This document shows positions 1-11,391 of a stretch of 39,509 nt of DNA, piece after piece. Within the stretch, counting starts at the first letter, position 1, and each line of letters starts with the position of its first letter. Origin of the DNA: Rhizaria sp. SCN 62-66 (Eukaryota); assembly GCA_001724265.1 (NCBI GenBank), contig MEDY01000058.1:62001-101509 (forward strand), written 5' to 3'. The notes beneath the pieces are model-generated. The model was given only the letters and a program-made list of their open reading frames with translations. It did no database searches and was not told the origin of the DNA. A program made the translations under genes and the position numbers.

Positions 1-758
1 TGGGCGCGGCTCATTGTGTGAAGAAGGGCTTCGCCCGGGCGGGCTGCTGGGAAGGCGTCGGGATGGGGTCGATAGGGATCCTGTGGGGCGAATCAATAAA
101 ACAAGCGGTGCGACACAGGAAGTCCGTCAGATCGAAAATTTAATACGTTTCAAGATGTTTTACAAGCGGTAATTAGTCATAATTTGAATCATGGATCTAT
201 AAAACAACAATGTGCCTGTAAATACTTTGTTCAATGTTGCCCCAGCTTAGACTGCAAGGCCGACAGTCGCTCGAGCTTCACGATCAATCGACCACAACAA
301 AAAGCGCGATAATATCTAACTTCAGATCGTCACAGAGAGATCATACCGTACTATGATATACTATCGGTACAATTCTATATTATCATTCACCAACACCTTC
401 TGAATCCTTTTTTTGCGAAAAGAATCCTTCTTTAGAATCTTGATAGCGCCAGCGCATCCTCACAACCGTTCTTATTCACGGGGCATTATCCCCTCGGCTG
501 AACTGCACTGTCATTGGCAAAGCAGACTGACTCATTACTAGATTGTGTTGTACCTTGCTAATACCGCGTAATTCAGTGACTAACCGCGCCAATCAGCTCT
601 GACCCCCTTCCCCCCTCCACGAACACCACACAACCGTCACTGCATTTTGCACGCACTCAGTCCCTCGAGAGCGCCAACCATTCCTGCAGACGGCCACAAC
701 CTCTTCTTAAGCTACGTGTACAGTACTCGTTGTGTTTACCGGCTTCAACGCTTGTGAT

Positions 759-1337
759 ATGCCGATGCACATGAACATCACCGCGACCGCCGACGCGGCG
801 ACGGCCACCGCAACTGCGCTCTACAGCTCGCTCCTCGCGCACCTGGGCTCGGCCGTGCTGTGGTACGCCGCCGTCCCGCTGGCCGCGCTCTACCTTTTCC
901 TCTTCCCCACGGCCACGCGCTGGCTTATGCTCGCGGTGATGCTGCTCTTCACGTCGGTCGAGTTCGCGCTCTACTTCGGCCTCCGCTACCTCATCTACCT
1001 CCTAGAGCGGTTCCGCACCACAGCGCGCCGCAACGCCGCGCTGCGCCGCGCCGTGCGCTCGGGCGAGGGCTGTGAGAGCTACGCCGACTGGCGCGCCAAG
1101 GCGCTGCAGCTGGACGTCGAGGACGGCCGCGAGGCCTGGAAGCACGCCGACGGGGGCGACTTCAACGCGCCGCTGGTGCGCGCGCTGACGGCTGACCTCA
1201 AAGAGGCCATGCGGCGCGTGCAGAGGGCCGTCGATGCGCTGGACCACGAGAGGCGGACTCTGGAGGAGAGCGAGGTGTTGGGGGCGATCGCCGGCGCAGT
1301 GAGCGGCGCCGCCGGCCTCGGCAGCCACGGTGACGCC

Positions 1338-1380
<43 letters not shown>

Positions 1381-4001
1381 ACGGTGAGGACAATAGCGGC
1401 CCCAACAGCGATGCTGACCGCAGCCAGTGCCACAGCGATGACGGCCACCACAGCCACGGCACCGAGAGCGGCGACGACGACGACAACGACGCCGACGGAG
1501 ACGGAGACTGGTCGGACGCAAGCGCGGGAAGCAACCGGAGCAGTGCGCAGAGCTACTCGAGCATCGGCCTCAGCCATAGCCATAGCCATAGCCACAGCGG
1601 TAGCTTTCTGCTTGACGACGACGCCGGCGCCGTGGGCGACAGCGACGAGGACGAGGACGACGACGACGATGACACTGCCTCTGTCGCTGAGGCCAAGGAC
1701 CGTGTGCGTGACCGTGACCATGTGCGGGACCGTGTCCCGGACCGCGCCGCTGCCAAACTGCCCGCCAGTCGTAGCCACACCAGCGGCGTCAGCCCGAGCA
1801 GTGCCCGCAAGCGCAGCAGCGGCCACGGCCACGGCCACAGCCAGCACACGAGCAAAAGCGGCACTTCGGCGATTCCTGTTCCAGCCTCGAGTTCGTCGTC
1901 GTCGAGGCGGCTTACCGCATCACAGAAGCAGCTTGAGTTCTCAGAGGGGCGGCTTGACTATTCGCCGCCCCGTGAGGGCAGTGTGTTGGTTTCCCGTGCA
2001 ACTGCTGCTTTTCAGTCGAACAACAACATCGCCAGAAAGAACAACAACGCGACTGTGGCTCAACACGATGCCGATGCTAAAGAGGACGCCGCGAACAAGC
2101 ACGCCACCGACAAGAAGACCGACGACAGCGACAACGTGCACGCTGCCAGCAAGTCTCACAGTCTCGGTCGCAGCTCTATTTCGCTCACTCCGCTGCCGAT
2201 GCCGCTGTCGCTGTCTTCCCCCGTCCCCGACCTCTGCGACAATGACGACGACAGCATCGGCGATGGCGGCGAGAGCACAGCGGGCCGCGGCAGTGAGGCC
2301 GGCAAGCTGCCTCCGCCGTCGCTTGTCTCGTGTCTGCTGTCTCCCGGCGGAAGCGTCGCCGCGGCCACGGTTGCGCCGCTCGCGCCGGAGCCGCTGCTGC
2401 TCAACAGCAAGAGCGTTGGCTCTCACAGCGCAAGCGCAGAGGCACAGGCGGCGGCGGAGCTTGGCGCAGAAGCGACCGAGGCGAAGACAGTTAAACACGC
2501 CAGCGTCAGCACTGCGGACTCTGTCTCTGACACTACTGTCCCTGCAGCGGCGGCAGAAGCCGAGGCTACTGCAACCGCGTCTGTGTCTGCACATGAGAGT
2601 GTGATTGCGAGCGCGACCGCGGAACTTGAACCTGAGGCTGAGGCTGAGGCGGAGGCTGATTCTGCATCTGCCGCTGCACCCGTGTCCGCAAGCGCCCGCC
2701 GCGCGCGCCGCGCTCTGTCCTCCGCCTTGCGTGATTTGCACACGCTGCTCTCGCTGGCGGTGCGGCACAATGTCGGTGGCATCCTCGAGGAGCACCTCTA
2801 CTCGCACACGAACACTGGCACCAAGACGAGCATCGAAGCGCTCACGACGACAGTGGCCGCGGGCGTGGCGCTCTACGCGCGCGCGCCGCTGCTGCCGCCG
2901 CCGCGCCGCGCGCGCGCGCTGGCCGCGCTGAAGCGGGCACACGGGCACACGGCGTTGTGCCTCTCCGGCGGCGGCGGACTAGGGCTGTATCACATCGGCG
3001 TCATGAAGGCGCTGCTCGACGAGGGGCTGCTGCCCACGGTCATCTCGGGCACCTCGGCGGGCTCGCTCATGGCGGCCCACGCGTGCGTGCGCACCGACGA
3101 GGAGCTGCGGCAGTCGCTCACAGCGGCCGAGTTCGCGCCCTGGATGGCCTTCGACAACGGCATGAGTCTGCTGCAGAAGGGACTTGCGTGGCTCAAGCGC
3201 GGCTACGTGTTCGACACCAACCAGTGGGAGCGGCTCGTCGCGTGGCACACCATGGGCGACCTCACGTTTGAGGAGGCATACCGCAAGACCGGCCGCACGC
3301 TGGTGATCACTGCGACGTCGACGCACAAGCACGAGCCGCCGATTCTGCTGTCGCGCATCACGAGCCCTAAAGTGCTCATTTCGAGCGCGATCGTGGCCTC
3401 GGCCTCAGTGCCCGGGCTGCTGCCGCTGGCGAAGCTGCGCGAGAAGGCCCACGACGGCTCCATCCGCGACTGCCGCGCGCCGTTCGTCGACCTGCGCGAC
3501 GGCTCGTTCAAGAACGACATTCCGACCGCTGAGCTGTCGTTCTACTTCAACACGAACCAGTTCATCGTGTCGCAGGTTAACCCGCACATCGCGCCCTTTT
3601 TCTTCTTCTCCCAAGGCGACGCCGGCCGCGGCGTGGGCCGCTGGGCGGGCTGGCGCGGCGGCTACGTACTGTCCTTCCTCGAGGCCCTGCTCAAGCACGA
3701 CATGCGCAAGAACCTGGCCGTGATGCGCGACCTCGGCATGCTGCCCAAGGTCTTCGGCGCCGACTGGTCCTTCTTGTTCCTGCAGCCCTTCGGCGGGCAC
3801 GTCACGCTGGTCCCGCCACTGGGCATCAGCGACTACATCAACATCCTTAACGCGCCGACCGTGCCGCAGGTACAGCACTGCCTCACCGCCGGCCGCGTTA
3901 TGGTGTGGCGCAAGATGGCGCTCATGGAGGCGCGGCTGCGGCCCGGTAAGGTTCTTACGGGCGCCATCGATCACCTGCGCGCGCAGTCCGCAGCGAACTG
4001 A
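759..4001 (+). CDS. Patatin-domain triacylglycerol lipase (yeast TGL3/4/5, plant SDP1 type) with N-terminal TM segments and a large low-complexity insert
   Basis: Oxyanion motif CLSGGGGLG, catalytic GTSAG (3048-3062), catalytic Asp motif RDGS, and the family-typical IVSQVNPHI. The DUF3336-like N-domain (SYADWRAKALQLD...GREAWK / NVGGILEEHLYSHTNTGTK) is split by the insert. First in-frame ATG is at 759 (alternatives 765, 771); ends TGA. Confidence 0.9.
1341..1379 (+). repeat. (GCT)13 microsatellite encoding poly-Ala
   Basis: Perfect GCT run in frame within the lipase insert. Confidence 0.95.
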
Positions 4002-4353
4002 GCGCAGATGCGCACTTTGCTGAGTTTGGCAGGATGATGTAGAGTAATCCTGATGTGTGATCGCGAGATTAGCGCGAGATGACTACGGTTGGGGAGGAGA
4101 TATCTAACTTTTTTCTATTTAGTCTTGTTATAGTGACCATTATTTGCTTTAATACAGCATTCCACTAATTGTGTGAAGCGATGAATCAAGTACGCATCCG
4201 CCAAATCACGATTGACAGTACGTGTGACTTAGTAAAGGTGGGCAATGGCAAAGGATATTCCTTAATCGAACAAAAACAACTGTACATAATCAAAATAATG
4301 GGCGAAACGCTACAATATCTTTCAATCCTTAGAACATGGAGATAAAGACAGTT

Positions 4354-4434
4354 GGTGTCGTAACAAAGTGGTTACTGTGGAAGACTAGAAATCTTCTGCC
4401 TTCGGGCGCGTGAGTTCGAATCTCATCGACATCG
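4354..4434 (+). tRNA. tRNA-Ser(AGA)
   Basis: Cloverleaf read by hand: acceptor GGTGTCG/CGACATC, discriminator G, anticodon stem GAAGA/TCTTC around loop CTAGAAA (anticodon AGA, 4387-4389), long variable arm GCCTTCGGGC, T-arm GTGAG-TTCGAAT-CTCAT. Confidence 0.93.
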
Positions 4435-4437
4435 TTC

Positions 4438-4446
4438 TTTTTTTTT
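4438..4446 (+). terminator. RNA polymerase III oligo-T terminator
   Basis: T-run immediately after the tRNA 3' end. Confidence 0.75.
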
Positions 4447-4769
4447 GCGCCGGCTCGACCACGAAAGTTTACTGTCGGCTCGAAGTTGTCTCTTCTTTTT
4501 TGCTTCTCGCGCTCGCGGGTCAGCGAGAGCGATTCTCAACGGTTGTAAGTCCTAGTAACAGCTGACTGTTTATCGACACCTGTCCCGACAAGCATCTGAG
4601 CGAAGCTAATTGCGCTGGCACACTCCCTCACATGGTGCATCATCACTCAGCGTGAATCACGAGAGCTGCAGACCATGACGATCCTTTTTTTTTGAGCGAT
4701 TGAGGCATCACAAGAGAATGCTGCACACGCGTCTAGTACTGTAAGTAATCAGCTTACGTTCTATGCCAT

Positions 4770-5155
4770 CAGGCTGTGGATTACGCCTCGACGCTTTCTC
4801 TTGGTGGAGCTTTGGAACGCGCTCAACGCCCGGTCCGACGTCGGCGTGCTCCGCGACAGCGGCATCGTGCCTCTGCTGCTGCAGTCGCTCGTGATGACCG
4901 GCGACTCCGAGGCTGACGCCGCAGAGTGCGTTAAGCTCATCATCATGATGCTCGACAAAGACGGCCAGGGCCGCAGACTGCGCTGCGCTGCTCGCGGAGT
5001 GCGGCGTTGTGGAGAAGCTCACTGCTCTGCTGCCACAACACTTCCTCGAGGCGCGAGACGTTAACACCATCGGCTCGCTTCTCCAAGTCGTCGCCACCGT
5101 CGCCGGCACGTCTGTTCTCCCCTCGCCCGCAAGGCGCGCGAGCCTGCTAATTTAC
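4770..5155 (+). pseudogene. Truncated, frameshifted paralog of the N-terminus of the ARM-like/cyclophilin-like genes
   Basis: LVELWNALNARSDVGVLRDSGIVPLLLQSLVMTG matches LVELKRALSCYCRIDILRESGVIPLLLQSLLLTG of 5694..8165. After a frame change near 4968, ALLAECGVVEKLTALLP...LLQVVATVAGTSVLPSPARRASL matches GLLNECGTVEKLTSFLP...LLKLVSAVASQSVLTASVRHAAL. Similarity then stops. Boundaries are approximate. Confidence 0.8.
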
Positions 5156-5693
5156 GCACTCGATCGTTACGTACAATCCTGGCGCTGAAAAGACACATAC
5201 AATACTCAAGTCGGAAAAGAGGGGACTCAATTTATAAATAATTTCCCGCTCAGTATTTAAGTTCGTGCAACACAATGCTGCATTATTTAATCTATCCAAG
5301 TTGTTTATGTGCAGTACTGATGATTGCGAACCGTTGGATTGCGAGAAAAAGCGTACGTGGTGGAATGTTCTAGGCAGTTCGGACCATCACAAGATGATCA
5401 AGATATCATCAAATTGATCGTCAATGTGTGTTCTTTTAAGATAATCTTTATGAAAGATGCGTTAAATGCGGATTTCATAAATTAAAAACCTGGAATCATG
5501 CGTCTATCGCGAAATAATCTTGTTACCTTTTGATCCGTTCCTAATTTTACTTCCGCCGTCCATATGTCTGTCTTTATCACCACACACAGAGCACACACAA
5601 GCATCCTTCAAACATTACGACTTCCGACAGGGGAGAATATCGCTTCGTTTAACCGAATCTACACTGCGTTAACGCATTGGTAATAACTCTCTC

Positions 5694-8165
5694 ATGCTCC
5701 CGCCACAGCTCTCTACGATACAGATTGGAGCGATCCCCCGCATACACGCTGCTTTGGGTTGTGTCGCAGCTCTAGCAACAGATCTCCCCGCTTTGGTTGA
5801 GCTTAAGCGTGCACTCTCTTGTTACTGCCGCATTGACATCTTGCGTGAAAGTGGGGTCATTCCACTGCTTCTACAGTCGCTCCTGCTGACCGGGAACATT
5901 GATGACAACGACAGACTTACGAAGCGATTCAACATCATTTGCCAGATACTAAAACAGATTACTCACTGGGGAGACGGCCTTGGCTTGCTTAATGAGTGCG
6001 GTACGGTTGAAAAACTTACATCTTTCTTGCCACACCTCTCTTCAAGGGTCATGGTGATTAAGCTTCTCAAGTTAGTATCTGCAGTTGCCAGTCAATCCGT
6101 CCTCACAGCGTCCGTCAGGCACGCTGCGTTGGCGCATCTCTCATCGCTCATGCACGGGTTCTTCAAACAGCAGGATGGCGAACGTACCCGCCTGGCAAAT
6201 CCTGCCGCTACCCGATTCTACATCACTCTGAACAACGCGATCATCGTGCTTGAGTCCAGTGCCATCATTCGCACTGCCATAGTGCCTCGGCTTTCTTACG
6301 CTTCCGTGTATGAGTTCGTTTCGTTGTTGCGCTGTATTATTCGACAGCATCCATATTCTGACCCTGAGAGTCGCAAAATTCGTGCTTCCGTTTACTCCAC
6401 ACTATATCGTATTTTTCAGAGCGACAATAACGACATGGACGATGTGCGACGCTATGGTGACCTTGCGGCCTTTGTGACCAGCAATGACCTTGATTCATTG
6501 ATCCATATCTCGGACATTGACTCTACTACAATGCTGCTGGGTTTTTTGCAGATGCTCGATGACACGACGTTTGCATGCTGCTTGACGACCAGTCGCATCG
6601 AACTTTTTCTCGCCCGTATTGACCTACGCGACTCCTACAGTATGCCCAAACTAAACTCTCGCATGCACTTACTTGCTACGCTGATTGTTCGATTCCCCCA
6701 ATTCGCCGAACGTCTCTCTGGTTTGGTGGGATCTATGCCTTTTTTTGAGTGCATTGGCGAGATCATCCGCGAGCGCTGGCAGAACTTGAAGGAAAACCTG
6801 CTGCTGCCTAGTAACACGATGATGGTTCTGAACAGTATGTTGCACGTTTCCCAAGATGTTTTTTGCGCAACATGGCAACTGTTTGCCAAGGGTGCTGTGA
6901 AGACTTGTTGCGCTCTTCTGAGGTGTTTTGTGGTGTCAGATTGCAGGAAAGAGGACACGTTGCGAGATGCATGGTTAAGTCCAGGACTCATCGTACAGAT
7001 TCTTCACGTTTTGTGCATGATAGCTGACACCCAAAACCCGAAACTATTGGGCGCTTTAGAGGGTGACAACGGCGCCGCATTGCCGAACTACTTTGTCGAT
7101 GAGTTTATTGCCTGCCGCGGGCCAGAAGCACTTGAATTGCTGCGCTACGATGCTTGCATGCAAGAGAGAGATGTTGATCCAGTTCGTAGTAAGCTGACGC
7201 AGCTGCACACCCTACTTGTGGACATGGCCGTGATTGCGCCAGAAGCTGCTGTGACAGGGAGTGCGCGCATGCAAACTCTTGCGGAGATGCGCACTTTCAC
7301 GCTGGAGCACAACTGGAAAACTGCGTTTGACTTGCACATTGCATGCATCTTGCAAGAGAGCGGATATCCCCGAGGCATTATACGCATGGTTTTCGTTCGT
7401 TCTCTGCACCACTCTCTGCACATGCCTGTACGGTGCAACGGGGCGCCGTCACCGGCTGCGCTGTTGATGTTGCAAGCCAAGGCGCGCGAGCGCATTCTTA
7501 TGATGGCTAAGCATGCCACAGATGTCACAATTTCAGCACGACTTTGCAACCCCCACTTGCAGCAGCATAACGAACTGTACCGCATGGTAATCCAGCTTAA
7601 CGATGAAAAGTTTCCAAGCAACGCTGCGCATTTTCGCATTGCAGCTGAAAAATCAGTTCTGGGTGAAACGCTGCACAAATGTTTTGTGCCTCCTGGAGAT
7701 TGCACAACAGCATCGTTACCATTTGTTTCGCTGTATCACAATCAGACGAAGCTTTCTTGCGCTACTGCGCCTCTGACGCTTCCAGAGAGTGACGTTGTCT
7801 ACGGCGAGCACGTCATGGACGATACCGCGATTTACCCGGTTGGCACAGTGCTGATGTATGCCCGCGCCGTCGTTCCCGCCGACACTGTTCGCCTTATGTT
7901 TACGCACGACACGCCGTGGTTTATCGTCTTCAAGCCATGTCCAGCGAGCATGCTGCGCGGCGCAGTGCCCGTCGGCCGCGTGACGCTGTGCGCACGAAGC
8001 CCAGTGAAGCGTACACAGAGTGGTGACGGTGTGGTCGAAGACATTCTATTTGATGCTAAGTTGCTGCAGATTTTTGAGGAACACTGTCGAGGCGAGCGTT
8101 GTATTGACGCTCACACAATCAACTTGCTTCTCGAGGATTGGCAGGAGAAACGGGAAAGAGACTGA
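5694..8165 (+). CDS. ARM/importin-alpha-like helical repeat protein with C-terminal degenerate cyclophilin-like domain (paralog A, 823 aa)
   Basis: Intact ORF ending TGA, collinear with 8824..11391. ARM-like motifs: LRESGVIPLLLQSL, ECGTVEKLTSFL, KGAVKTCCALL, NYFVDEFIACRGPEALELL. Domain calls are by eye. Confidence 0.75.
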   Translation: MLPPQLSTIQIGAIPRIHAALGCVAALATDLPALVELKRALSCYCRIDILRESGVIPLLLQSLLLTGNIDDNDRLTKRFNIICQILKQITHWGDGLGLLNECGTVEKLTSFLPHLSSRVMVIKLLKLVSAVASQSVLTASVRHAALAHLSSLMHGFFKQQDGERTRLANPAATRFYITLNNAIIVLESSAIIRTAIVPRLSYASVYEFVSLLRCIIRQHPYSDPESRKIRASVYSTLYRIFQSDNNDMDDVRRYGDLAAFVTSNDLDSLIHISDIDSTTMLLGFLQMLDDTTFACCLTTSRIELFLARIDLRDSYSMPKLNSRMHLLATLIVRFPQFAERLSGLVGSMPFFECIGEIIRERWQNLKENLLLPSNTMMVLNSMLHVSQDVFCATWQLFAKGAVKTCCALLRCFVVSDCRKEDTLRDAWLSPGLIVQILHVLCMIADTQNPKLLGALEGDNGAALPNYFVDEFIACRGPEALELLRYDACMQERDVDPVRSKLTQLHTLLVDMAVIAPEAAVTGSARMQTLAEMRTFTLEHNWKTAFDLHIACILQESGYPRGIIRMVFVRSLHHSLHMPVRCNGAPSPAALLMLQAKARERILMMAKHATDVTISARLCNPHLQQHNELYRMVIQLNDEKFPSNAAHFRIAAEKSVLGETLHKCFVPPGDCTTASLPFVSLYHNQTKLSCATAPLTLPESDVVYGEHVMDDTAIYPVGTVLMYARAVVPADTVRLMFTHDTPWFIVFKPCPASMLRGAVPVGRVTLCARSPVKRTQSGDGVVEDILFDAKLLQIFEEHCRGERCIDAHTINLLLEDWQEKRERD

Positions 8166-8823
8166 GAGTGTGACTCCAAAGGTTTCAAATGCGATGTTAT
8201 CAACATGTTTGATCAATTTGTGTGGATTTCACTTTTCGCTTGCTTAATGCAATGCTCAAGTTACGCCACCGTGGTTTCGGGATAGAACACGAGTTGTTTG
8301 ATTGAGCAATTTGACGTTTAAATCATCTTTGTATGATTCGAAGTCAATTCTTAACGAATTCGTGTCACATAACCGTGACATATTGAGTTACCATTCGAGT
8401 TAGTGGACCCAATCAATGATATGATGCTGAAATGAGTATCTATTACATAGACACGTGTTATACATAGTATATCCAGTTTTTATCATGTAGTACTCAAGTG
8501 ATAGTGATATATTGAATGATATGGTAATCGCAATGCGTTTGTGGTGACAGCTGGAAGTCGACACATTTTGGTGAAGCCTTGTTTTTCGAGCCAGACTACG
8601 TCATGAAATCATCGTTAAACATACTTGCTGCACGATAATATTTCACATATGACCTTATAACAACTAAATTTGTTGCCAAAATAACTGAAAACATTACGTG
8701 CGAGCATGAATTTGCGTCTTTGCATGCTAGCTGCGATTTCGCTCATCATTCACTGACGTTTCTGACTTTATGTTCCCAATGATATACTATATCTTCATTC
8801 AGACATCTTAAACACAGCGGCAA

Positions 8824-11391
8824 ATGAATTTCTCTGGTTTATACCAGAGCACTCACACACATGAGGAAAAGATGCAACGTATCCATGCCGCACTGGCTCC
8901 ACTAATCGCACTTTCGACGAATCTTGACCACCTCCGCATATTCCGGGATATCGTGATGTAGAACGCCTTTAACGTCGCTCCGCTGGCCGAGGCCAACGTT
9001 GTGAGCGTGCTTTCGGGATTGCTTGGTCTTTCGGGTGATCAGGATTCTGCTCAGCGGTGCGATCTCGTTGTTGAGATGTTCGATCGAATCACGGGCGGCC
9101 AGTTCCGCGTCGAGGCTGGGTGCGCCATGCTTGCTGGGAGCGACGCAGTCGGGAAGCTGAGCAGCTACCTTCTTACAGGTCAAGATGACAAGCTTGCGCT
9201 TCGTATTCTCAGCCTTGTGAAGTCGATCGCTGCGTCTCCAGCGCTCGGTGCTCCCGCCAGGCACAGTGCGCTGACCACTTTGCTAGATTACTCATATCAG
9301 CTGCAACAACCTCAGCAGAGCAAGCAACAAGCGCAGTCGGTTGCCGTGAATGACAACGAACAGCAACCGTGGTCGATGCAACTGGGCGTTTCCCGAGTCC
9401 CACTTGCAATGCAGTGCCAAATGAAGCTTTACGAAGTCGTCGCCGAGCTCTGTATGCAGTGCACCCCGCCGGTGCCGTACGCCGTCGTCTCAGGATTCGT
9501 GCCCGTGCTGCTCGCTGCGCTTGAGCGACACGCGGGCGGCACGCAGGATATCGATGATGGCATTTGCTATGCAGCGTACGGCGCTTTGTGCGGCGTGTTC
9601 ACGCCCGGCAGCGAGGCTGACGTCGCCGACTTCGCGCTGAGCGCCGCCTTCGACCCCTTGTTGCGGAGCCTGGTGGGTCACAAGACCTTGGCGTTGCTGC
9701 TGCACTGTGTATCTGTGCTCGACGCCGCCGCGCTCCGGCGCGTCCTTACCGCGGAGCGCCAGGAGGTCTTGTGCGCGGTACTTAGCGCCAGCCGCCACAC
9801 ATGGACGCAGTGGACGATGAAGCCGCTGACGGAGCTGGTCTCGCGCGTCGCGGCCAGCGTTCCTGCTTTTGCGCAACTGTTTATCGACGGACCCGGCCTG
9901 GCGTTGCTGTTTAGTACAATTGTCTCGAGCTACCGCGCGTTCCAACCGTCCGACGGCGCAAGTCTGCCACGGCACTGCGCCTCTCTGCTCTCCAGTCTGC
10001 TGTCAGCGGCCGCGGCGTGCGAGGATGAGCCGCGCGCGGTGCAGCGCATGCTCGACAGCGGCGCCGTGCTCTGCTGCTGCGCGCTCCTCAAGTCGGCTGC
10101 GATGTGGAGCGGTGGCGCCGACAACCCGCCGGACAACGCACCGAGCGCAGACGCGGTGGGGCAGCTGCTGCGTGCATTGTGGGCGTTGATTGGTGTGAAC
10201 ACACGCGCACGTGCATGCTCCGTTTTACCCGCTGGTGTTGCACAAAATGACGGCACACTAGCCCCTCCGTCGCAACCACGGAGTCCCTCTGCTTTAGACA
10301 GCTTTCGCATGTGCCGCGGGCCACATACGCTTGAGATGCTGTGCTACGCCGACTGCATGACCCAGGCCGACAGCGGGCCCGCGCTACGCGAGCTCGGACG
10401 GCTCGGCGCGCTGCTCTAGGCCCAGTCCGTGCTCACGCCCGCCGCCGCGGCGGACAGCGCGGAGGGAATCGCGCTGCGCCGGCAGGCGGTCGTAGACGCG
10501 AATGCGTTCGCGCAGTCGAGCGTGGGCGGCTGGACTGACGCGTTCGACGACTACATCGCATGCGCATTGGAAGAGAGCGGCTATCCGCGCAAGCTTTTCT
10601 ACAACATGGTATCATCCCTGTACGAGCCGTTTGTGTCCGCTCCTGTGCGGGCGAGCGGCGCGCCGTCCGCGGCGGCGCTGTCGCTCCTCCAGGTCCGGGC
10701 GCGCGAACGTGTTTTTGCCAGCTTGCAGGGGCAGTTTGGCGCGAAGCAGCCGGGGGATGTGGTGATGGCGTCCCAGCTGCTCAACGCGCAGACGGGGCAA
10801 CGCGACGAGTATCGCATGGTGATTCGCTTGAATGATGGTCAGTTTCCCAGTCACGCGGCGCACTTCCGCGTTGCGACGCAGGTACGCGCGCTTGGCACGC
10901 ATCTGCACCGCTGCTTTGTTCCCCCGGGCGAGACTGCTGCGTCATTGCCTTTCGTGACGCTCTACAACGGCAGGCCCGAGGCCGCGTGCGCAGCTTGTCC
11001 GCTCGCGCTGCCGGAGAGCGACATTGTCTACGGCGAGTACACTGCGCCCGGCGCCGATGTGATCTACCCCGCTGGAACGGTGCTATTTTACCCTCGCACG
11101 TTCGTGCCCATGTTGGTTCGTGGCGCTCCGCCGTGTGACACGCCTGTGTTCTTCGTGTTTAAGCCGTGCAGTGCGGCGCTGCTGCGCGGGGCCGTCCCCG
11201 TGGGCCGTGTGCTGTCGTGCGTGCCAGGTACGCAGCCCACGGCACACGACGACGGTGCGCCGTTTACCGATAGCAATGCACAGCCCTACGACGCTGCGGT
11301 GCTGCAGTGCTTCGAGGCGCTGTGCAAGGGCGATAAGTGCGCGAGTCACCACATCGATGTCGTCTCAGTCAATGCGTTTGTTTCATTGTGA
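8824..11391 (+). CDS. ARM-like + degenerate cyclophilin-like protein (paralog B, ~855 aa) containing two in-frame TAG codons (8959-8961, 10417-10419)
   Basis: One frame from ATG 8824 (or 8872) through the track ORFs 9001..10419 and 10429..11391. RIHAAL upstream of the first TAG and ESGYPR / HFR / CFVPPG / LPESD.VYGE / VFKPC...LRGAVPVGRV downstream of the second all match paralog A. Ends TGA. Confidence 0.8.

Noticed and set aside
1-83. Possible minus-strand exon (acceptor ccccacag at 83-81; cacacaATG at 14) of a gene running off the window
   Set aside because: Too little sequence to tell a gene start from a terminal exon or UTR.
4385-4391. CTA in the tRNA anticodon loop as a possible amber-suppressor (CUA) anticodon
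   Set aside because: The 5-bp stem GAAGA/TCTTC fixes the 7-nt loop CTAGAAA, so the anticodon is AGA. G73 and the long variable arm fit Ser. It is not the UAG decoder.
4507-4532. GC-rich hairpin downstream of the tRNA and a later T-run near 4685-4693, as a possible Pol III ncRNA
   Set aside because: No recognisable RNA family or A/B boxes; short inverted repeats arise by chance.
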